This document shows positions 10,182 to 19,500 of a stretch of 64,000 nucleotides of DNA, in pieces. Source of the DNA: a virus (taxonomy: Duplodnaviria; Heunggongvirae; Uroviricota; Caudoviricetes); IMG/VR virus record IMGVR_UViG_3300014043_000277; one strand, 5' to 3'. Within the stretch, counting starts at the first letter, position 1, and each line of letters opens with the position of its first letter. The notes beneath the pieces were generated by a model, which worked only from the letters and a program-made list of their open reading frames with translations, made no database searches and was not told where the DNA came from. The position numbers were made by a program, and so were the translations under genes.

Positions 10182-10991
10182 TTATTCATTATCATCAAAT
10201 AATGAACTTGAAACCGGTTCCAAATCATTCGCATCGGTTCTCGTGGCGTATTTGTTCACATCCTTGCGAGCAACGCTGTTCGGCACCGTGTCATGTCGCC
10301 ATTCCGTTCCGGTGCATACGAATTTGACTCCATGCTGTTCGCATTCGTTCTCAACGCCACGGCTGACGGATTCAGCGGCAAGAATCAAATGCGGTTTATC
10401 AAACATCGACAGCGAATAATCGCCTGATGGTATCTGATCAAGAATGCCATGCTTACGTTCAACGGCGGCTTTCATGACGGCATCCCTGTATCGTAATACC
10501 TGATACACATCCTTTTTCACGGCCTTGCGTTTCACCTCAATGAGAACAGCGCGTTTATGAACCGTGTCATAACCGAGTAGATCACATGAACCGTCACCGG
10601 TTTGGAATTCACGCATGATGTAAACATTGGATTCACCGAAAACCTCATGGAAATGCCTTGACAGCCATTCCTGCTGCTGGCGTTCCGTTCCGACATTATT
10701 GAAATCAGCATCATCAGGGATTTTCGGCATGCGAACATCAACAACCATGTTGTAATTGATTATCATGAGCTGTTCCTTTTTGGATTTAGCAAGAATCACA
10801 TGCCTTTCACCGTCATCATATTCATCAAATGAAACCACTGAACCCATGTAATTAGTAGGTTTCACACCGGTTGTCCTATGGATTATGACAGTTCCATCAT
10901 CCTTAATGAGAATAAGCCTGATTCCACGGGCAAGTTCAGTATGTCCGCGTCCATCATAAATAACCTCACAATCAGATTGTATTATCCTCAT
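10182..10991 (-). CDS. nucS: Mismatch-specific endonuclease NucS/EndoMS
   Basis: CEVIYDGR..L..GIRLILIKDDGTVIIH...KPTNYM, REF.T..G..DL, IEVKR and QVLRY; start 10991 from TGATATCAT-N7-ATG. Confidence 0.85.
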   Translation of the reverse strand: MRIIQSDCEVIYDGRGHTELARGIRLILIKDDGTVIIHRTTGVKPTNYMGSVVSFDEYDDGERHVILAKSKKEQLMIINYNMVVDVRMPKIPDDADFNNVGTERQQQEWLSRHFHEVFGESNVYIMREFQTGDGSCDLLGYDTVHKRAVLIEVKRKAVKKDVYQVLRYRDAVMKAAVERKHGILDQIPSGDYSLSMFDKPHLILAAESVSRGVENECEQHGVKFVCTGTEWRHDTVPNSVARKDVNKYATRTDANDLEPVSSSLFDDNE

Positions 10992-11556
10992 GATTACAAT
11001 GATATCAGAATATTTGTATTTATTGCATCCGCATGATATACTGGTAATCATAAGTGAGAACATTATTATTAAAAATTTTGATGAATTGCGTTTCGCTGGT
11101 TCGGGAACGATTCGCGGCATCCACATGCTGTTGAATGCATGCGATGATGATTTCACGCCGCGCCTGTCCACGCGGCATGACTGCCATCATGCTGATTTCA
11201 ATGATGACACTGGAAACATGACTGAATTCATGTATTCATTGATGCGCGAACATGCCATGATAGCATTCGTGAACGGTAATGTCGCGGCATTCGCGGCGTA
11301 TGATGACATGGATGATTGCTCATATCTTGCGTTGATTCTCACGGGACATGAGTATCGCGGTTTGAAACTGGCATCCAGATTATATGACGCCATTGAATCC
11401 AATGCTTTCAATAACACTGTGAAATTGCGGATAAGCAGCGGGAATGAAACGCAGAAGGCAATATTGGATAAACGCGGTTATGAACAATATGATGTTCATG
11501 AGAATCATCGTGGCGATGGATTGCACACGTTGTTTTATGTGAAACATGTTGAATGA
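10990..11556 (+). CDS. GNAT-family acetyltransferase (start uncertain)
   Basis: EYRGLKLASRL acetyl-CoA loop and C-terminal N...L.KRGY. Confidence 0.7.
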   Translation: MITMISEYLYLLHPHDILVIISENIIIKNFDELRFAGSGTIRGIHMLLNACDDDFTPRLSTRHDCHHADFNDDTGNMTEFMYSLMREHAMIAFVNGNVAAFAAYDDMDDCSYLALILTGHEYRGLKLASRLYDAIESNAFNNTVKLRISSGNETQKAILDKRGYEQYDVHENHRGDGLHTLFYVKHVE

Positions 11557-11644
11557 TAATCGCGCGCCGATTGGACATTATCCTGTATTCATGTTATCAT
11601 GGTTCCATCAAACAAAGAACGAATGAAAGGTGAAACTGATAATA

Positions 11645-12127
11645 ATGCGTAAGGCTCCGATGACTGATAAGGTTGAAATCGCCGGTTCGTCGCCCGTGTG
11701 GGCGAATAATGAAAATAAGGAACTGGAAAATCGAGTCATCAAACTATCCAAACAGGAACGTAAATACCTGGGTTATGCAATCACCGCCGCTAACATGTCC
11801 ACTTGCAAAACACGTCATGGCGCGGTACTGGTTAAGAATGGCAACGTGCTTGCAATTGGCGTGAACGCATTGAAGAACGATCCTCATATTGTCGGCCCGG
11901 ACAAACCGAATGTCCTTGCGCCATCCGTTGATGTTAAGGACATGATGTCTGTCCATGCCGAGGAATCCGTCATCCGAGCGAACTCGGAAGAAGCCGATAA
12001 CGCGGTTGTTTACATTGCACGCCTTGCTGCCGATGGTGAAATCGCATTGAGCAAACCATGCGAGGCATGTCAGAGAATGCTGAAAAAATATGGAGTGAAA
12101 AAAGCAATCTGGACAATCGCGGAATAA
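11645..12127 (+). CDS. Cytidine/dCMP deaminase-family protein
   Basis: HGAVLVKNG, HAE and PCEAC zinc motifs. Confidence 0.8.
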   Translation: MRKAPMTDKVEIAGSSPVWANNENKELENRVIKLSKQERKYLGYAITAANMSTCKTRHGAVLVKNGNVLAIGVNALKNDPHIVGPDKPNVLAPSVDVKDMMSVHAEESVIRANSEEADNAVVYIARLAADGEIALSKPCEACQRMLKKYGVKKAIWTIAE

Positions 12128-12132
12128 AAATG

Positions 12133-12171
12133 GAAAACGGATAGGAAATGATTCTTTTCCTATCCGTTTTC
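12133..12171. terminator. Bidirectional intrinsic terminator
   Basis: 16-bp inverted repeat GAAAACGGATAGGAAA/TTTCCTATCCGTTTTC between convergent genes. Confidence 0.75.
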
Positions 12172-12193
12172 TTATTTCATATTATGTGAAATA

Positions 12194-12979
12194 TCAGGAT
12201 TCCGATCCCTCATGCTCATTCCGTTCATCAACGCCGATTTCGTCATAATCCAAATGCTCATCATGCAACGAATCCCAAATGTGAACATTGTCGGCAGTGG
12301 AAGCATGGACATCAATTATGCGCTGGTTTGCCGAACCACGGAATTGCAGCATCGGATCTTTCAACGGCTGCATGAAACGTCCATCAACAAGAACATCCAC
12401 CATTGATAATAATTCCAGTTTATCCGGTGTCTCACCATCACGATGCAGTTCCTCCCATGTGTAACCAGTCCAACACCAGATTGTCTTATCATCACCATAG
12501 GTTTCACGTATGCGTCGAGCCAATGGAATGAGTATTGGTGTGTTCAGCATTGGTTCGCCACCGAGGAAGGTTATCCCATCAACATAGGAATAATCCAAAT
12601 CATTGATAATCCTATCCTCCAATTCCTGAGTGTATTCAAAACCTGTATGGAAATCAAAAATGGATGGTTGGAAACAGCCTTCACAACGGAACGGGCAACC
12701 GGACACATACAATGAGTTCCTGACTCCAATGCCGTCAACGACGCCGAACCGTTTGTAATCCGCAACCATATGCCGCGACATGACACGGCCATCCCATTGT
12801 CCCGCGCGTGGATTATTCGAACCCGCGTATGGAATATGCGGGCCACGGTTAATGACGGCATTATCATTGGATGCATTGTTGCCATTAGTGCCGGTTGCGC
12901 AGAAATCATGTTTCGGCTGTTTCTGCATTCGTTTGATTTCATCCTGTGTTTTCACATGAGTCCATTGCTGATAAGTCAT
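12194..12979 (-). CDS. nrdG: Anaerobic ribonucleotide reductase activating radical-SAM enzyme
   Basis: VDGIGVRNSLYVSGCPFRCEGCF (CxxxCxxC), LGGEP and FRGSANQRIID. Confidence 0.92.
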   Translation of the reverse strand: MTYQQWTHVKTQDEIKRMQKQPKHDFCATGTNGNNASNDNAVINRGPHIPYAGSNNPRAGQWDGRVMSRHMVADYKRFGVVDGIGVRNSLYVSGCPFRCEGCFQPSIFDFHTGFEYTQELEDRIINDLDYSYVDGITFLGGEPMLNTPILIPLARRIRETYGDDKTIWCWTGYTWEELHRDGETPDKLELLSMVDVLVDGRFMQPLKDPMLQFRGSANQRIIDVHASTADNVHIWDSLHDEHLDYDEIGVDERNEHEGSES

Positions 12980-13095
12980 GATTGGTTTTTCTTGTCCTTC
13001 CGAATATGTTGGTTATGTTGATTACAATGATATCAATGAGGGCATGGATGTCATTATTATGAATGTTATATAATTAAATACATTGCTATGATTAT

Positions 13096-14898
13096 TTATG
13101 ATTTCATGATAGCATGACCGCAATCAAACATTGAAAAATAACCAATGTTATTATCCATTGCATGCGGGAGTTTCGTTTCAATCAATCGTATTGCTTCATT
13201 CTCATCATTAATATGTTCATTCATGCGTTCGTTAATGATGTCAACTGGGTTTCCCATTATCCAATCCGCATCCGTTTTATAATTTGAAAACCATCTCATT
13301 GGATTAACATAATCAATGAAATGCAATCCTGCTTGTTCAAATGCATCAATGATTTCAAACCTGTTATCAACAAGAACATTACAATTCGCATAATTATCAC
13401 GAACATAATCAATCGCTTTAATAATAGTATTGCAATCAGGAACAGAATCTTTGAACGCGAATTCCAATGAAACACTATTATTCTTTTCCATGCGAACATT
13501 GAAAACACATGAAATCATATCATCATAACCAATCGCATGAATGTCATCATGATGTATTCCAATGAATGAATTCAAACCAATGAATTTCAGCATGTCATGT
13601 TCATCAGTATTTATGATGCTCATTTTGGAATTGCGTTCATTTCCTATTAATAATGATTTTAAATAGCGTTCCAATATATAATGTTTGCCAAACATTATAT
13701 TATCCAATGTAATCAGATTATATCCATTCTGTTTGCATTTAAGAAATTTATCCATGTGATAGTTGCATGGTTTTTCACTGCCAATCATGGTTTTGACTAT
13801 CTGAAACCCTGAAATATTACTATTATGGGTGAATGACGGGCTGCATTCAATGCATACATTATGCTTATTATCGTCAATAACAATGTCGATTTCATGACCG
13901 TCATTCATTATATGATAATCATGCATATGGTATTTCACATTCAATGCATCCAATATGTCCATTATTTTCTTCTCATACATGGATGGTTTCGCATGGCCTG
14001 AATCAGATAAGGATTTCTGTATTTTATCCAATATTTCCGGCGATTTAGATGGATTATCGGTTCCATATTTCGCCATATATGTTTTCGTTGCCTTGTCACG
14101 GGCGTCTTTCGACGTGAATGGCGTTTCTGAACCATATCTGTCGATGTTCGTTTTTCGTATTTTCCTTTTTATTGTTTCGTTCTTATTCGGATTTGTAACA
14201 CCATAATTATTAATGAACGTATTTGTCTGCAATGATTTCATGTATTCAACCATCGCGTCATGGTATTCCTTTCCTCTGTCATTAGGGCGTGGTAAGCCAT
14301 AGAAATATATAAGCTCATTTACATTTTGCGGTTTCAAATCATGATTTTTTGCTATCATGCTGGGAGACATGTTCTCATCCATGTATTCATGTTTCAAATC
14401 CTCATATGACATCCAATCCAATTTTTCAATAGTTGAATTACCGATGAATCGAATATTTTCGTTTGATAAAACTTGCATGATAATGGCGCGTTCCGGCGAT
14501 TTGCGGTTCCATCCATTCCGTTTCAGGAAAACCGTGTATTTTGTGTTATCATATGAATCCAATACTTTCTGTTTTATTTCTTCATATGATATTTGAGGCT
14601 GTTCAATGAATTGGCTTATTCCATATCCAATGCATGCGCGACTTATATCAACTGGTAGAACACTTATTTTATCTGCTGTTTCCTTCAGGTTTAAACCATT
14701 GTTTTTGCATGCAATGATGTCATCATATTTGCATTTGATGATATAATCAGGAGTTCCAGTGAACATCAGATTGTTCTGGGACATTATTTTTCTTACTTCC
14801 ATACGTTCATAATGGTTATATCTATTCATTAAGATTTTATATGACATTTCTGTTTTATAAAACGCTTTTATTTCATTAGACAATGATTCATTATCCAT
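13096..14898 (-). CDS. Putative free-standing homing endonuclease (YG-x-x-NP repeats, Vsr/PD-(D/E)xK-like domain, degenerate GNAT/Mom-like tail)
   Basis: YGVTNP/YGSETP/YGTDNP repeats; SMYE...EIDI...IECSPSFTHN...YHMDK; sits between nrdD and nrdG; AT-rich. Confidence 0.6.
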   Translation of the reverse strand: MDNESLSNEIKAFYKTEMSYKILMNRYNHYERMEVRKIMSQNNLMFTGTPDYIIKCKYDDIIACKNNGLNLKETADKISVLPVDISRACIGYGISQFIEQPQISYEEIKQKVLDSYDNTKYTVFLKRNGWNRKSPERAIIMQVLSNENIRFIGNSTIEKLDWMSYEDLKHEYMDENMSPSMIAKNHDLKPQNVNELIYFYGLPRPNDRGKEYHDAMVEYMKSLQTNTFINNYGVTNPNKNETIKRKIRKTNIDRYGSETPFTSKDARDKATKTYMAKYGTDNPSKSPEILDKIQKSLSDSGHAKPSMYEKKIMDILDALNVKYHMHDYHIMNDGHEIDIVIDDNKHNVCIECSPSFTHNSNISGFQIVKTMIGSEKPCNYHMDKFLKCKQNGYNLITLDNIMFGKHYILERYLKSLLIGNERNSKMSIINTDEHDMLKFIGLNSFIGIHHDDIHAIGYDDMISCVFNVRMEKNNSVSLEFAFKDSVPDCNTIIKAIDYVRDNYANCNVLVDNRFEIIDAFEQAGLHFIDYVNPMRWFSNYKTDADWIMGNPVDIINERMNEHINDENEAIRLIETKLPHAMDNNIGYFSMFDCGHAIMKS

Positions 14899-15010
14899 AA
14901 TAATATTCCAATCTTTTTGTATCCTATGTATGCAATGATATCATTATTTTTTTATAATATGGTTGATTATTAAATGTAATAGAATGTTATTTTATTAATT
15001 CTTTGTCTAT

Positions 15011-15049
15011 GAATGATGGCGGCGCGCATTTTGCGCGCCGCCATCATTC
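15011..15049 (-). terminator. Strong hairpin after nrdD
   Basis: 18-bp perfect inverted repeat. Confidence 0.7.
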
Positions 15050-15068
15050 TCATAGCTTCATACTAACA

Positions 15069-17591
15069 TTATTGCTTATGTGGATATTTTGCCCTATCGT
15101 CATAAAACACTTTAGCATTTCCATTAATTTCAATGCGTCCGGTTTCGCCATTTATTTCCTTTACACGAGATTCCAACTCTGAGTGACGACCATGAATCAT
15201 CGGACGAATCTGTGGTTCACCGAGGTAGCCGCACGTCCGTTTAGTGACAACGCATTTTGACGGATCATCGTTTCCGCATACAGGGCACTGATATCCCGTC
15301 TCAGTCGGCGCAAAATCACCTTTATATCCACATACATGACATTCATCTATTGGAGTGTTGGTTCCGAGATAGTCAATACCGATTTCATGCGCATAATCCC
15401 ATATTGCTTCCAGTCCTTTCAGGTTCTGTCGCATTGATGGATATTCCACATAAACGATATGTCCGCCTGCGCTGTATTTCAGGAATGGCTGTTCAAACTC
15501 TAGCTTGCTTGCGGCACCTCCATTTTCAGCGGTATGGAAATGTTCCCTGCCCATGACTTCTTTAATGGAATCTGATGGTTCACCATCAGGGTTTCCTGAT
15601 ATCCATACAGGGCGATGGAATGAATTGGTATAGAAATCCTTATCTGTAATACCATCAATTCTTCCGAATTTCTCACGATCCATTCTGTTGAACTTATCAG
15701 TTAGCGATTCAGCCGGTGTACCATATACTGAATAATGATAACCTTCTTCCTTCTCCCATTGCTTGCATAGTTCAGTCATTTTTTCGACAATGGACAGGGC
15801 AAATGAGCGAGCATCTTCATCCCATCCCCAGTTGTTAACCCAGTCTTTTCCATAGAATCTCGCTGTTGTTTCATACAGTCCGATATATCCGAGTGATATG
15901 GTTGCGCGGTTGTTCTTCATGAGTGAATCCACGCTTTCATCTGGATTCAAACGACCTAATGCACCATATTGCCATAGAACAGGAGCATTCAGTGGCGATG
16001 CTGTTTTAGTCCGTTGTATACGGAATTGCAATGCATGATGAGCCACTTCCATACGCTGATTGAAAATGCGCCAGAACCTTTTAATGTTTCCATTGCTTTC
16101 AATTGCGATGCGGGGAAGGTTGACTGATACAACTCCGAGATTCATTCTTCCATCATCGACAAGTTTTCCTGTTTCAGGATCGCGCCATGCTTGCAGGAAT
16201 GAACGGCATCCCATTGGTGCTTTGAAATCACCTGTTACATTAACAATGTTTTCATAGAAGAGGATGTCTGGATACATTCTCTTGCTGGAGCATTCCAGTG
16301 CGAGCTGTTTCAGGTCGTAATTAGGATCTGATGGTTCGCTGTTCACTCCATGTTTTATGGTGTATGTTAGTTTCGGGAAAATAGCGGTGCGGTGGTCTTC
16401 TCCGAGTCCTGCAATGCGTATGAGGAATATTGCGCGTGTTATCTCACGGGCGAACCAATCGGTTCCGAGTCCAAACCCTACTGTGATAAATGGCGTCTGA
16501 CCCGTGCTGCTGAAACACGTGTTGCATTGATATTCGAAAGTCTGCATTGCGTCATAAATATTCTTTCTGGTAAGTATTTTTGCATACAAACAACGGAGTT
16601 TGTCCAGTTCTGTTGCATTCTCATCGAATGGTTCGTCTTGAATGGCTGGACGTTCTGGAATATGCAAACGAGTGTTTTCATTTGCTTTCAATGAATCCAC
16701 TATTTTACGAGCCTGTTCTATATCCATTCCATCAGCGAGAACCATTGTAGCCATATCATAATTCTTACGATAGTTCTTTTCCGCGAACGGAGATAATATT
16801 TCATCGGCTCTGTTAACTGTTTGCCCGCCATACTGGTTGCTTGAAATGTTCTGAATTATTTGCGTTATTTGCGTCGCTGCTATTTCAATGCTTTTCGCTG
16901 GACCCATTGTGGCGTTACCGAGTTTGAATCCATTCTCTAGCATGTCTTTGAAATTAGGCAATGAGCAATTTGTCATTTTTGACAATGAATAGTCTGCGTC
17001 ATGGAAATGAATATCGCCTTTTGTATGAGCATTGGAAACATCTTTTGGAGCAATACGATAGAACGATGCTTTACTTATGGCACCTGCAAGCAGATCGCGC
17101 TGTGTTGCATAAACGTTGCTGTCCTTGTTCGCATTCTCATTCATAATGCCGGCATCTTTGCGCAGGAATCGTTTCACGGCTTCGTTGGCATCAGTCGCTT
17201 TCGCCCTTTCTTTCATGCGTTTCATTCTGTATTCACTGTAAGCATCGAACACATCTTCCAGATGGTAGTCCTCCAATAGTGTTGATTCCACGATTGATTG
17301 GATTTCCTCGATGTTCACACTGTGTTCATAGCGTCCACGGATTTTTGATGTCGCGCTCATGGCGATGCCATGGATGAGTTGTTTATCATCCGCATCCAAT
17401 GATTCTCCGTTCTTGCGGCGGATGTCCTTGATTGCGCCTGTTACCGCGTTCTCAATGGCTTCCGGATCGAAATCAACTATCCTTCCGTCGCGTTTCTCAA
17501 CTTTCAGCATGTCCTCAATGTTGTCATTGTATGCATTGTCCATGGTGTTCGTGATTCCTGCGCATGGTGTCAATACCGCTGTTCCTTCCAT
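15069..17591 (-). CDS. nrdD: Anaerobic (class III) ribonucleoside-triphosphate reductase
   Basis: ATP cone (VEKRDGR), MGCRSFL, YGTPAESL, zinc CxxC pairs and the glycyl-radical motif RTCGYLG. Confidence 0.95.
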   Translation of the reverse strand: MEGTAVLTPCAGITNTMDNAYNDNIEDMLKVEKRDGRIVDFDPEAIENAVTGAIKDIRRKNGESLDADDKQLIHGIAMSATSKIRGRYEHSVNIEEIQSIVESTLLEDYHLEDVFDAYSEYRMKRMKERAKATDANEAVKRFLRKDAGIMNENANKDSNVYATQRDLLAGAISKASFYRIAPKDVSNAHTKGDIHFHDADYSLSKMTNCSLPNFKDMLENGFKLGNATMGPAKSIEIAATQITQIIQNISSNQYGGQTVNRADEILSPFAEKNYRKNYDMATMVLADGMDIEQARKIVDSLKANENTRLHIPERPAIQDEPFDENATELDKLRCLYAKILTRKNIYDAMQTFEYQCNTCFSSTGQTPFITVGFGLGTDWFAREITRAIFLIRIAGLGEDHRTAIFPKLTYTIKHGVNSEPSDPNYDLKQLALECSSKRMYPDILFYENIVNVTGDFKAPMGCRSFLQAWRDPETGKLVDDGRMNLGVVSVNLPRIAIESNGNIKRFWRIFNQRMEVAHHALQFRIQRTKTASPLNAPVLWQYGALGRLNPDESVDSLMKNNRATISLGYIGLYETTARFYGKDWVNNWGWDEDARSFALSIVEKMTELCKQWEKEEGYHYSVYGTPAESLTDKFNRMDREKFGRIDGITDKDFYTNSFHRPVWISGNPDGEPSDSIKEVMGREHFHTAENGGAASKLEFEQPFLKYSAGGHIVYVEYPSMRQNLKGLEAIWDYAHEIGIDYLGTNTPIDECHVCGYKGDFAPTETGYQCPVCGNDDPSKCVVTKRTCGYLGEPQIRPMIHGRHSELESRVKEINGETGRIEINGNAKVFYDDRAKYPHKQ

Positions 17592-17812
17592 GTTTTTTCT
17601 GCTCCTTTACGATGTTTGTTTTGACTGTCGTATCATGGTATCTAACATGTTTTTCATGCTGTCCTGATTCAATGTTATCATCATCACATTAATCATGATT
17701 TATTTTTTCAGTCGGACTATCATAATATCCGAACCACTAAATACGCCGTCCATTGGAATTAATCGGACGACACATGTAGTATGCATGAAAATGTTCACAA
17801 TTTTTTCACATT

Positions 17813-18220
17813 TTACATTCCATATAGTGTTTTCAGTTCGTTTTCGGATGGTTCCGGGAAGTCCAATGTGAACACGCCGCCAGTGTATTTAATGTTCAAA
17901 CTGACACGTGAAACCATGAGGGAATCAAAACCGTTGACCTTTTCATCCTCCTCGTTCCAGTCAATGTTCTCATGGTTTCGTGTGAGCATTGTACTCATGC
18001 TGATAGGCGAGTGGAATTCAATCGGCATCGCGAATAACGTTGCATACATGTTCTCATCACCGCATGTTGACAGACTGACCGCATCTGCTGTTGTCATGCC
18101 GTCAATGGCCATTGATACGACATCATTAATTGAACCGTCAGGTTTACGATAATTGACCATGATGGCGGCTGTCCTCATGTCATCGGGTGTCAGCCGGAAT
18201 TTTCTATTATTGAATCTCAT
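17813..18220 (-). CDS. Hypothetical protein
   Basis: 135-aa ORF with TGATATCAT-N6-ATG upstream. Confidence 0.55.
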   Translation of the reverse strand: MRFNNRKFRLTPDDMRTAAIMVNYRKPDGSINDVVSMAIDGMTTADAVSLSTCGDENMYATLFAMPIEFHSPISMSTMLTRNHENIDWNEEDEKVNGFDSLMVSRVSLNIKYTGGVFTLDFPEPSENELKTLYGM

Positions 18221-18256
18221 GTGAACATGATATCAGCATGAATCCATGGAACTCGG

Positions 18257-18376
18257 ATTTCGATTCTGACGGCGATTTTCATCATTTCATGAGGAACATA
18301 TCGAAAACCGGGTTTTCATCGTTTTGGATTATAATAGTCATCCACGGAGCCTATTATTCTGTGCTCTGTGGGCGGC
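18257..18376 (+). repeat. Dispersed 120-bp tripartite repeat, copy 2
   Basis: ATTTCGATTCTGACGG ... GAAAACCGGGTTTTC ... GTCATCCACGGAGC/GCTCTGTGGGCGGC. Confidence 0.8.
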
Positions 18377-18483
18377 ATCGAAATTCAGCGTTTTAATATT
18401 GCTGGAATCAGTATGAAAATCATATGTTTTTGATATGCCGGTTTTTATTGTATTCATGTAATCTGAAATATGTTCTCGTTCCA

Positions 18484-18801
18484 TTAATTGCATGCATTGG
18501 TTTCAAGCGTTGTTTTCATGTGTTTAATCGCATATTCCCCCGGATAACCATGTTCAATATTCTCAATGCTTTCATTGAACGCATTGCAGGCGGCACATTT
18601 AACGGCACGATATGAGGAATGCATACATGAAATCAAATTCATATGAGTCTCAGTTCCATGGCTATGAATCATATATCTCATGGTTGCTTGATGCATGATA
18701 ACAGCGGCAAGCATAATGTCATGTTCCGATAATTCCGATAATGAAACCAGATTGTATTCAGGCATTGAGAACATCAGGAACCAATGAAGAATGCAATTCA
18801 T
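18484..18801 (-). CDS. Hypothetical protein (possibly decayed)
   Basis: 105-aa ORF, co-oriented with neighbours, no recognisable motif. Confidence 0.3.
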   Translation of the reverse strand: MNCILHWFLMFSMPEYNLVSLSELSEHDIMLAAVIMHQATMRYMIHSHGTETHMNLISCMHSSYRAVKCAACNAFNESIENIEHGYPGEYAIKHMKTTLETNACN

Positions 18802-19118
18802 GTTTGATTACCCTGCCATACTGAACCTCATATTTAAAAGCGATAATAATATTCCGTAATACGATTGCATCCGTTCATGATTGCAATGATAATATATGAG
18901 AATCCGATAATTCAATGCTGCTGCTGCTGTCAATGATTGTATGGAATTCATATGTAATCAGCATTGATTGAACATGCTGCTTTCCATTTTCATGTGCTCC
19001 CTCACATATTCAATTTCAATCGGATGACCATCAGGAATGAGTCCAATGTGTTCAATGAGCCATATTACAGAACATTCCGGTGTTCATACGCATTATATTC
19101 ATAATGGAACCTGTGTAA

Positions 19119-19478
19119 TCATGCATTATCAATCTCGCATGCATATGATGACGGCCTCGAACATATTATCTTAGTGACTTCGTTTGAATGACGCGGGAAT
19201 GAATGAGCATAATCCATCATGTCGGAATCATCATAACGAATTTCAACAGGCGTATTGGCGTAAGTATTCATCACATGGATGATAACATTGACCGCATCAT
19301 TCATGTCATCAGGAGCAACATCATCCGATATCATATTGTATGACATTATTTCATCATATATGGATGTCAGAAGTTCACGTTTTATGTTCACAGTGAATAC
19401 ATGGATATCGGGATGGCCTTTCCTGATATCATAAGCACGTTCAATCAAACCATTCAATATTATCCTATCATTAATCAT
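19119..19478 (-). CDS. Hypothetical protein
   Basis: ORF with TATCAT-N7-ATG at 19478. Confidence 0.5.
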   Translation of the reverse strand: MINDRIILNGLIERAYDIRKGHPDIHVFTVNIKRELLTSIYDEIMSYNMISDDVAPDDMNDAVNVIIHVMNTYANTPVEIRYDDSDMMDYAHSFPRHSNEVTKIICSRPSSYACEIDNA

Positions 19479-19500
19479 GTTCACAATGATAGTATGAAAA

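Noticed and set aside
18805-19110. Short ORF fragments on the minus strand (47 aa and frameshifted pieces)
   Set aside because: Interrupted by stops with no recognisable family; possibly decayed genes but unsupported
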